A program made the translations under genes and the position numbers. A DNA stretch of 64,000 bases from Promethearchaeota archaeon (GTDB lineage Archaea; Asgardarchaeota; Lokiarchaeia; Sigyniarchaeales; SOKP01), in contig SHMW01000006.1 of the NCBI GenBank assembly GCA_008080735.1, positions 3,215-67,214 of the forward strand. Reading direction: 5' to 3'. The notes under the pieces were generated by a model, which saw nothing but the letters and a program-made list of their open reading frames with translations, ran no database searches and was not told the origin of the DNA. Shown in pieces: positions 37,363 through 44,989 of this stretch (position 1 is the first letter of the stretch; each line of letters starts with the position of its first letter).

Positions 37363-37734
37363 TTAATCTAATAATCCGGCTATTTTCTGACTGACACTTT
37401 GAATGTTTAGAAAAACCATACCTAAACTCGCATCATTCGACGCCAGGACACAGAGTATTGCGTTTTCACCTGCGCGAGACAATATGATTAATCCATCAAG
37501 ACCTTCGATGAGAATTCTCTTCAAATCACCGCGCGCAAGCTCCTGAACTGCCCTTTCAGATACGCTAAGAATTGCAGCTGACATCGCGCTCACGATTCCA
37601 TCATTAACCTCACCCGACAGAGCAGAACAAATTGGTAAACCTTGAACAGACACGATAGCACTTCCTTGGATATCGGAATTAACTGCTTCTAGGTTGCGTA
37701 GTATGTCAGTTAGCTCAGCTATATTCTCGCTCAT
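37363..37734 (-). CDS. Roadblock/LC7 (MglB-like) domain protein
   Basis: 123 aa. LRNLEAVNSDIQGSAIVSVQGLPICSA...AAILSVSERAVQEL..GDLKRILIEGLDGLIILSRAGENAILCVLA matches the Robl/LC7 alpha-beta-beta-alpha-beta-beta-beta pattern. Confidence 0.8.
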   Translation of the reverse strand: MSENIAELTDILRNLEAVNSDIQGSAIVSVQGLPICSALSGEVNDGIVSAMSAAILSVSERAVQELARGDLKRILIEGLDGLIILSRAGENAILCVLASNDASLGMVFLNIQSVSQKIAGLLD

Positions 37735-37950
37735 TCTCTTTCTTCTTTTTTATTGTTAGAAGGTATAGATGAATAATAAAAATAAATTATATCAATATGG
37801 TATATTAATATTGATTTTATTATTTAATTTTTTCAAGCTTATACGTTATTATTAAAAATAAATGTATATTAATTTTTTGATCTCTATTATTCTTTTTGAT
37901 GAGAAAGAGATTTAAAAAATATTATTATCCATTCTTCATTATTTTTAGAC

Positions 37951-38904
37951 ATGTCTGCTAAGAAAAATGAATCAGAGAAATCAGAAAAGGATGAAGAAGA
38001 TGAGCAGTTGAAATTGGATTCACTCAAAAAAGCTGGCAAAATTGCACAAGAAGTAAAAGAGTTTATAAAACCACAAATCAAAGTGGGTACGAAAGGATTA
38101 GAGATCGTAACTTCAGCAGAAAAAAAAATATCCGAATTGGGAGGTGCGTGTGCATTTCCCGTTAACTTATCCATAAATAATATCGCAGCTCATTATACCT
38201 CGCCACTTCGAGATGATGGTTTGACTATAGAAGAAAATGATCTCGTAAAAATAGATCTGGGTGTTCATATTGAAGGATATATTGTTGACACAGCATTTTC
38301 CGTAAATTTTAATCAGGAGAAGTTTTTACAAAATATTATTACCGCGACAGACACAGCAGTAGAAGCAGCAAAAATGATGGCAAAACCAGGTGTAAATACA
38401 AAAGATATTGGGAAGAAAATTGAAGATATCGTAAAAGGATTTAACTATAATCCAATCAAAGAACTCGGTGGGCATCAAATAGAGCGGTGGAGAGTCCATG
38501 GTACCAAGGCCCTTCCAGAATTAGGAACCCAAGGTGGAGACGAAATGGAAATAGGAGATGTATTCGCTGTTGAAATATTCGCTTCGACGGGGAGTGGGTC
38601 AGTCCATAGTACCAATAATTGTCATATTTATGCACTCAACCCATATACTGGGCGGGTTCCCTTGAGAAGAAAGAGTTCGAAGCAAATATTAGGTTTTGTA
38701 AATAGGAATTATAAAACATTGCCTTTTGCAGAAAGATGGTTAGGGGAGGAATTTCAAATAGGTGTCGCCTTTGGACTCCAAGAGCTTATACAGCAAGGAA
38801 AATTAAGAGAACACAATGTACTCTCAGAAGAAAAAGATGCCTATGTTGCTCAATCAGAGGAAACAATTTTGATCACAGAGGATGGCTATCAACAATTAAC
38901 ATAA
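37951..38904 (+). CDS. map: Methionine aminopeptidase, type 2 (archaeal/eukaryotic)
   Basis: 317 aa. FPVNLSINNIAAHYTSP, DLGVHIEGYIVDTAFS, GGHQIERWRVHG, FAVEIFAST, QSEETILIT (metal ligands D, D, H, E, E in the MetAP2 arrangement). Confidence 0.9.
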   Translation: MSAKKNESEKSEKDEEDEQLKLDSLKKAGKIAQEVKEFIKPQIKVGTKGLEIVTSAEKKISELGGACAFPVNLSINNIAAHYTSPLRDDGLTIEENDLVKIDLGVHIEGYIVDTAFSVNFNQEKFLQNIITATDTAVEAAKMMAKPGVNTKDIGKKIEDIVKGFNYNPIKELGGHQIERWRVHGTKALPELGTQGGDEMEIGDVFAVEIFASTGSGSVHSTNNCHIYALNPYTGRVPLRRKSSKQILGFVNRNYKTLPFAERWLGEEFQIGVAFGLQELIQQGKLREHNVLSEEKDAYVAQSEETILITEDGYQQLT

Positions 38905-38955
38905 ATACTCAACTTTATTCTAAAAAATATATCAAAACTTAATTCGCCAATAAAG

Positions 38956-40065
38956 ATGCGAAAATTAAATATCTGCCTTATCTCCTTTAAAATACCACCT
39001 GATTCTATGGATGGAACTGCTAAATTTTTTAGAGGTATTTATGAGTATTTGAAAAAACAAGGACATAATATTACCTTACTCACTGGAAAATGGAATTATA
39101 AATTACAAGATCCAGATATAAAACAAATCGATATTATACCAAGACGATTTTTTTGGATCTTTCCATTCTATATTGGTGTGATAAAATATCTAAGATCTCA
39201 CAAATTCGATATTATTCATGGAAATAATCCAAAAGGGGCACTTCCTATCATACTAGCAAATAAAAAACAATTTGGATCCACAATCCATGATCTAGGATTT
39301 TTTACTCGAATCCCATTTGAGAAGATTTTAATTAGATTTATTGCAAAAACATCAAGATTTATAACTACATGTTCAACTCAAATTAAGAAAGATTTGGTGA
39401 AAGAATTCCCAGATCTAAGCCCAAATAAGATCTTTAATCTTTATTCAGCAATAGAAGAGAAATTTATGCCCTTTCCCAAAAAAGCGAGAAAACTTAAAGA
39501 AAAGATGGGACTGGAAGGTCCTACCATATTATATATTGGTCGTGTTTCCTATTACAAAGGCGTAGATGATATTATTAGAGCTTACTATCTCGCCAAGAAA
39601 AAGATTCCGGAATTGAATCTGATTATCGGAGGTCTTCCAGATTTCAGGACTCAAAATCAATATGAATCATGGAAACAAAAATATAAGGATATATCATTCG
39701 TAGGTTATATCCCAGATGATCAAATTCCAATCTACTATAGTTTAGGAGAAATCTTCATAACATATTCATATGCATTTGAAGGATTTGGATTAACCCCGAT
39801 AGAAGCAATCGCATGCGGAACTCCCGTGATATGTTCATCGATTCCTGTATTCAAGGAAGTACTGCAAGATAATGCTATTTTTGTGAAACCCAGAAGCCCC
39901 AAATCACTTGCAGACGCCATAGTAGATTTAATAACCAATGATAAGAAAAGAGAAAACTTAATTGAAAAAGCTCGGCGCTTCATCCAACGCTATACTTGGC
40001 AAGAAGTTGGAGAAAAATTAGAAAAAGTCTATCAATTATTTCTAAAAATGAAAGAATCGGATTAA
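38956..40065 (+). CDS. Glycosyltransferase, GT4 (GT-B fold)
   Basis: 369 aa. ILYIGRVSYYKGVDD...LIIGG...FEGFGLTPIEAIACGTPVICS is the Glycos_transf_1 pattern. Confidence 0.8.
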   Translation: MRKLNICLISFKIPPDSMDGTAKFFRGIYEYLKKQGHNITLLTGKWNYKLQDPDIKQIDIIPRRFFWIFPFYIGVIKYLRSHKFDIIHGNNPKGALPIILANKKQFGSTIHDLGFFTRIPFEKILIRFIAKTSRFITTCSTQIKKDLVKEFPDLSPNKIFNLYSAIEEKFMPFPKKARKLKEKMGLEGPTILYIGRVSYYKGVDDIIRAYYLAKKKIPELNLIIGGLPDFRTQNQYESWKQKYKDISFVGYIPDDQIPIYYSLGEIFITYSYAFEGFGLTPIEAIACGTPVICSSIPVFKEVLQDNAIFVKPRSPKSLADAIVDLITNDKKRENLIEKARRFIQRYTWQEVGEKLEKVYQLFLKMKESD

Positions 40066-40097
40066 AGTGAGTTTCTACTTTAAAAAAGCGATTTTTT

Positions 40098-41228
40098 TTA
40101 ATGCAACCATCTTGTTTGCCCGAGAGTGATTAACCGATATCTCAATACTCTGTCATAATCATTCCAAAAACAGCTATAACATTCTGGGATATTTTCGCGT
40201 GAATCGATGAGCAACGATCTAAATTCTCTGTATTTTTTTCCGTTCCAGATTTCATGAAATGAATTTTTATAAATGTTTCCCATAACATATTTTTCGCTAG
40301 TCAGATAACAGCATGGTAAAACCTTTCCAGTTGCGGTGATATATGTGGAGATCCATGGAGTGAGACATGGGGTTTCGTTTTTTAAAGTTTTCCTATTTAA
40401 TAACTCTATTAATTTTTCACGCCAATTGATAAAAAATACTTCTTTCTGTGTTTCCCTTATAGAATCAATATCTTTACTTATTTTAGCGATTGCTTTTTTT
40501 AGTTTTTTATCTGTTGGAACAATTCCTGAATCCACTCCAAAATCAAAGACGGGCTCTAACCTAAATGAATCAAGTAATTTCCATTTTTTAAGATAATTAA
40601 ACATTGGTTCATATTCTTCGAGATTTTTAGATTGAAGACAGCAAAGAATTCGAATAATCGTCTTTTTTCTGTTAATTTTTGCAAGTAACTTCTCAAAATT
40701 TTCAAGGCAACGATGAAATGTTGAACTCATGGTTATTTCTTCAAACGACAGGGGATTTGTGCCGTGTAAAGAAAAAGTTAATATAGTAGGGGGACTTTCG
40801 ACCAATTTTTTGATATTAATATCATTCATTAACGACATGTTGGTCGGCATGGAGGTAGTTATTTTCTTGCGATTACATAATTCCAAGAATTTATAGATTT
40901 CCGTGTTCAATAATGGCTCTCCCAGTCCATTTAAAGTAAGATATAAAGGGTTTATATTCTCTACCAACCTTTTAAATGTTTTGTAGGAAATTATATTATT
41001 TAAAGTCCTAATCTTTTGGAGATTATGTCTGTCACACATAATACAATCGAAATTGCATCTGTCTGTAATTTCAATTTGAAGCCTGATGGGCCCGTCTTTT
41101 GAAGCGAGAGGCGCTCCTAATATTGAATAAAATAGAGCACTGAATGCTTTTTTAATTTTAAATAAGGAGGTGAACTGGTTATTTCCAAAAATTAGCAATA
41201 AATCCTGAAGCCGTCGTTTTAGTTCCAT
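40098..41228 (-). CDS. Radical SAM protein with SPASM-type C-terminal cysteine cluster
   Basis: 376 aa. ITDRCNFDCIMCDR (CX3CX2C). C-terminal CLTPW...GKVLPCCYL...CYSCFWN resembles a SPASM/twitch auxiliary cluster domain. Confidence 0.78.
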   Translation of the reverse strand: MELKRRLQDLLLIFGNNQFTSLFKIKKAFSALFYSILGAPLASKDGPIRLQIEITDRCNFDCIMCDRHNLQKIRTLNNIISYKTFKRLVENINPLYLTLNGLGEPLLNTEIYKFLELCNRKKITTSMPTNMSLMNDINIKKLVESPPTILTFSLHGTNPLSFEEITMSSTFHRCLENFEKLLAKINRKKTIIRILCCLQSKNLEEYEPMFNYLKKWKLLDSFRLEPVFDFGVDSGIVPTDKKLKKAIAKISKDIDSIRETQKEVFFINWREKLIELLNRKTLKNETPCLTPWISTYITATGKVLPCCYLTSEKYVMGNIYKNSFHEIWNGKKYREFRSLLIDSRENIPECYSCFWNDYDRVLRYRLITLGQTRWLH

Positions 41229-41328
41229 ATGTCTTTTCTTCCTTATTAAACCGTGGTCTTATAAATATTAAGTCTTAATCTTCTCAGAAGCGTAATAAAA
41301 ATATAAAGATTAAGTTTTAAAATCTTCT

Positions 41329-41538
41329 TTAAGCAGGAGAGAATAGCCAAGTAAAAACACCGAGATGGGCTAATATAACCACTGCTATAAGGGCTACGGC
41401 AGAGATCGCAGTTGCTATAGGACTAATTTTAATACCTATAGAAGAGTCTTCAAAAAATCTCATTAACCCCGCTCCACCCATAGGCATAGGTGCTGATCCC
41501 GATCTTCTTTTCTTTCTCCTTGATTGGCGTTTTGACAT
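41329..41538 (-). CDS. Sec61-beta / archaeal Sec-beta translocon subunit (tail-anchored)
   Basis: 69 aa. Basic N-terminus (RQSRRKKRRSGS), GGAGLMRFFEDSSIGIKISP (cf. eukaryotic Sec61-beta GGMWRFYTEDSPGLKVGP), and a single C-terminal TM. Confidence 0.75.
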   Translation of the reverse strand: MSKRQSRRKKRRSGSAPMPMGGAGLMRFFEDSSIGIKISPIATAISAVALIAVVILAHLGVFTWLFSPA

Positions 41539-41692
41539 CGATTATTTAAAGGTTTTTAATTGTATAAAAAATATAATCATCTAAAACTAAAAAACTATTT
41601 CTCTCCAATAAAGATGATTCACTTTACCTTAAAAAAGATATTTTAGGCAAAATGTCTTTTATTTTACTAAAACAAAGCTTCTTTATACTTCA

Positions 41693-41989
41693 ATGAAAAT
41701 TAAAGAATTCCAAGATCTCATGCGGGAGCTATATTATCACCAAGATTCTAAGAGAGGTCTTAATAAAACTTTTTATTGGCTAATAGAAGAAGTAGGGGAA
41801 CTTTCCAGCGCTCTGAAAGCGAAAGATTTAGATAAGAAGAATATTGGAGAAGAAATAGCAGATATTGTAGCATGGATATGTTCACTAGCAAATTTATTGG
41901 ATGTAGATATTCAATCCGCTATACTTCAGAAGTATCCAAAAAAATGCCCTAAATGTATGAAAAATCCTTGCGAATGTGGAACAGAGTAA
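41693..41989 (+). CDS. MazG-like nucleotide pyrophosphohydrolase (small all-alpha NTP-PPase)
   Basis: 98 aa. LIEEVGELSSAL ... EEIADIVAWICSLANLLDVD is the EExxE...ExxD MazG pattern. C-terminal CPKC..C.C knuckle. Confidence 0.72.
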   Translation: MKIKEFQDLMRELYYHQDSKRGLNKTFYWLIEEVGELSSALKAKDLDKKNIGEEIADIVAWICSLANLLDVDIQSAILQKYPKKCPKCMKNPCECGTE

Positions 41990-42094
41990 TAAAAAATCGA
42001 CTGATTATATCAGATTTTTAAAGAAAATAAACCTTAATAAATTTCTAAAATTGATAATATTAATTTAAGTAGTTAATGAAGAAAGGAAAAATTA

Positions 42095-43939
42095 GTGCCA
42101 ATGCCGAATAAAAAGAAGTTCTATGTGCTACTATCCATTTTTATCACAACTTTTATTCTAAGCTCTGTGATTCCAAGATTTTTGAATAAATCTTCTCCAT
42201 TTTCCGTTTATAATGAACCACTACACTTATCTGGCAATTTAGAGGGGGCATCAGATATTACTATCGCCAATATCAATCGAACGATTAGTATAAACGGATA
42301 TGGTTTAGTCAATATTGAGGATAATCTTACAATTAGAAATGATTTTGAAAACCCCGTATCATCGATTTTTATGGGGATTCCTACAAATATCTTAGAAGAT
42401 TTAATATACTATAAAGCAAAGGGAAGTGGGGGTAATACATTGTTAGCTGAGGATACTGGGTTATTAATGGACACAGATAAAAATATGATAGAGATCTATT
42501 TCGATTCTCCTCTACTGCCCGGACAGAGAAAAACGATAATTTTTTCACAATCCTATAAGGATTTACTTAAATATGAACCATCGGGGTCTCAACAGAAAAT
42601 CTCTTATAGTGGACTTATTTATCCTTCTATACCGTATAAGGGACAAGGAAGCATAATTGCTGTTATAGAATTACCTATTGGTGCTGGGAGTATTGAAGAT
42701 GATTGGGGAACTACACAAGCTAATCATATCACTTTTTCCATAGAAGATTTGCCACAAACATATATAGAACCCTTTTTAGAAAATTTGGGTGATAATAGAA
42801 CCATAGATGTTTCAATGGCACATTCTTCAATCACAAACTTAGAAATTCAAGAATCCACAAGACAAATAACAATTTCGCCGTGGGGAACCATAAGAGTGGA
42901 GGAAGATATACGTATTAAAAATCTTGGTTCTATCTCGGTTCAGAGATTTAATCTTAGGATTCCTGATCCAGCAATTAATGTAGAAACAAAAGATAATTTA
43001 GGAAATATTGAAGGAACCACGGTAACTGAGTTACCAAACAACCCAAAATCGAAACAGGTTAATTTAGATCTCTCAAATAATCGAGTAACAATGCAACCAA
43101 ATTCAAGTTTCCAATTCACATTACGTTACCAGTTAAATTTAGGAATTTATCTAAATTTTGACTGGTTTAGACAATCTGTCCAATTAGATGTGATAATGAC
43201 GAATTTTGATTATTTAGTAAAAAATCAGCTAACCCAGATAAGAATTGAAGGCTCTCTAAATATAGATCAAATCTCTGATCTTCCAGATATATACGATGAG
43301 ACTATTAATTCGCAAATTCTCATCTTTGAGTCAGATTATGTGAGTAATCTCGAAGAACGAGAAATTCTGCTCACCTATACAATTGATATCTTTGAAATGT
43401 TGATGCGACCGATAATTCTTCTTTTAGTAATTGCAGGTGTTTGCTCAGCTCTTATTGTCATAATTAAGAAGAGAAAGGAATTAGGGATATTACCTAAGAT
43501 AGAGAAAGAACAACTACCATTAAGGGAAATTAGAGAATTCTGTTCTCTTTATGAGCAGAAGAACGCACTAACATTAGAAATTCGGCAAGCAGAAGAAGAA
43601 TTAAAAAGACGTAAACTTACAAAGAAACAATATCGTAATCTTGTTGATAAAAATGAATCACGAATAAAACAGATTGACGAGGAGATCAAGCCATTTAAGA
43701 AGGAATTAATGGAAGCAAGTCAAACTTTTGAAAATATCGTACAAAAGCTTGATGTCTTAGAAGCTGAACGTCAAACTGTTGAAGATGGGTTGAAATTACT
43801 TGATTCGAGATATCGTAAAGGTAAATTGCCTTCTCGATCTGCTTATGTAAAACTAACAAATGATTTTCTCAAAAGGAGAAAAAAGATCGATAGAACGATA
43901 AGTCGCTTCATTCAGCAATTACGTTCATATTTACTTTAA
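42095..43939 (+). CDS. Ribophorin I (OST1)-like type I membrane protein
   Basis: 614 aa (GTG start, ATG at 42101). Signal-anchor, then a ~400-aa beta-rich ectodomain opening with NINRTISINGYGLVNIEDNLTIRNDFENPVSSIF (ribophorin I-like opening). One TM (RPIILLLVIAGVCSALIVII) and a ~155-aa K/E/R coiled-coil tail. Confidence 0.6.
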   Translation: MPMPNKKKFYVLLSIFITTFILSSVIPRFLNKSSPFSVYNEPLHLSGNLEGASDITIANINRTISINGYGLVNIEDNLTIRNDFENPVSSIFMGIPTNILEDLIYYKAKGSGGNTLLAEDTGLLMDTDKNMIEIYFDSPLLPGQRKTIIFSQSYKDLLKYEPSGSQQKISYSGLIYPSIPYKGQGSIIAVIELPIGAGSIEDDWGTTQANHITFSIEDLPQTYIEPFLENLGDNRTIDVSMAHSSITNLEIQESTRQITISPWGTIRVEEDIRIKNLGSISVQRFNLRIPDPAINVETKDNLGNIEGTTVTELPNNPKSKQVNLDLSNNRVTMQPNSSFQFTLRYQLNLGIYLNFDWFRQSVQLDVIMTNFDYLVKNQLTQIRIEGSLNIDQISDLPDIYDETINSQILIFESDYVSNLEEREILLTYTIDIFEMLMRPIILLLVIAGVCSALIVIIKKRKELGILPKIEKEQLPLREIREFCSLYEQKNALTLEIRQAEEELKRRKLTKKQYRNLVDKNESRIKQIDEEIKPFKKELMEASQTFENIVQKLDVLEAERQTVEDGLKLLDSRYRKGKLPSRSAYVKLTNDFLKRRKKIDRTISRFIQQLRSYLL

Positions 43940-43960
43940 TACTAATTGGTGGTTTTGATA

Positions 43961-44590
43961 ATGAAATTGTGGTTATTTGATATCTTGGCTTGTCCGATAT
44001 GTAAGCATTTTCCACTAAAACTTTTTATCTTTTCCTATCAAACAGAAGAAGAGATATTTAGGTCTTATCTTAGTAATTATCAAAAAAGTGATAGTGTGAG
44101 TTTAAAGTCACAAGACACAATACAGATCGACTATGATAATGAACATCAAATTCTCATAAAAGATAATATCGTGATTGAGCCAAAACCACTTGTAGACTAT
44201 ATGGATGCTCTACTCTCTAGTATTAAAGAATTAAATCATATTGAAGATCGCAGCCCTTATGAGACAAGTAAAAAATGCTTAAATCTTGCAAAAGAATCCA
44301 TATATAATGATTTGAAGAACCTTTCGCAAAATCTTAATCTGGACGGGTTTCAGGAGCGATTGGCTGAGCTTGAATTTCTAAATAAATTGAAAGTTGATGC
44401 GGAAATCGATTCTGGACTTCTTTTATGTGAATCGTGTAAACGGTGGTATCCAATTATTGAAACAATTCCTCGCATGCTTCCCGATGAATATCGAGATAAA
44501 GAATCCGAGCTCCAATTCTTAGAAAGCAAAAAAAATTTATTAGATGAAAAATTTTTCACATTAGATTTAAAACCATTTGCTCTCAAATGA
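43961..44590 (+). CDS. Trm112-like zinc-knuckle protein with ~125-aa central insertion
   Basis: The N-terminus MKLWLFDILACPICKHFPLKL and C-terminus DSGLLLCESCKRWYPIIETIPRMLPDE together form the Trm112/UPF0434 pattern and are separated by a helical insert. The ORF track starts at TTG 43946; ATG 43961 is more plausible. Confidence 0.65.
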   Translation: MKLWLFDILACPICKHFPLKLFIFSYQTEEEIFRSYLSNYQKSDSVSLKSQDTIQIDYDNEHQILIKDNIVIEPKPLVDYMDALLSSIKELNHIEDRSPYETSKKCLNLAKESIYNDLKNLSQNLNLDGFQERLAELEFLNKLKVDAEIDSGLLLCESCKRWYPIIETIPRMLPDEYRDKESELQFLESKKNLLDEKFFTLDLKPFALK

Positions 44591-44643
44591 TTTTTTAAAT
44601 TGTATTGAATTATAATATCATACAACAGCGTCTATAAAACCAT

Positions 44644-44745
44644 AGCCCGGTGGTGTAGAACGATATATGAAATTATATCGTGCACAACGGCCAAGCATCC
44701 GGGGCTTTGAACCCTGTGACCACAGTTCGAATCTGTGCCGGGCTA
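44644..44745 (+). tRNA. tRNA-Gln (anticodon UUG) with ~29-nt intron in the D-loop; CCA not encoded
   Basis: Hand-folded. Acceptor AGCCCGG/CCGGGCT + discriminator A. D-stem GTGT/GCAT. Anticodon arm CGGGG-CTTTGAA-CCCTG (TTG at 44707-44709). T-arm CACAG-TTCGAAT-CTGTG. The exon sequence matches the typical archaeal tRNA-Gln AGCCCGGTGGTGTAG..GGCCAAGCAT. Confidence 0.85.
44659..44687 (+). other. tRNA intron at a non-canonical (D-loop) position (boundaries +/-1-2 nt)
   Basis: 38 nt lie between the D-stem strands instead of ~9. The insert contains a perfect 7-bp hairpin, CGATATA-tgaaat-TATATCG. Confidence 0.7.
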
Positions 44746-44989
44746 TAATTTCATTTTAAAAAGCTTACTAATTATCTTTAGATTAAACAGTGATTTTAGC
44801 AATTTTAAAGGAAAAAGTTGCAATATGATCGGATTATCTTTTTTTGAAGAAATATACAATCTTTTCCAAATTTTAATTTTTTGAAAATATCTTCAACAAC
44901 TCGCTTAATATAGTTCCCCTACGTACTATTCATGCTAAATTTTAATATGAGAAATAACTATTAAACTCAAAAGCACATATTATTATAAA

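Noticed and set aside
35119-37734. Searched for a small GTPase (P-loop GxxxxGK[ST], DxxG, NKxD) next to the Roadblock gene
   Set aside because: No such motifs occur in the 723-aa protein or in any neighbour. The only P-loops in the window belong to MoxR and the two RecA-like proteins.
44591-44643. TATA-like elements upstream of the tRNA (TTATAATA near 44609-44616, CTATAAAA at about 44631-44638), and similar boxes upstream of many genes
   Set aside because: In DNA this AT-rich, TATA-like octamers occur everywhere. Without TSS data I cannot distinguish real BRE/TATA promoters, so I did not annotate promoters.
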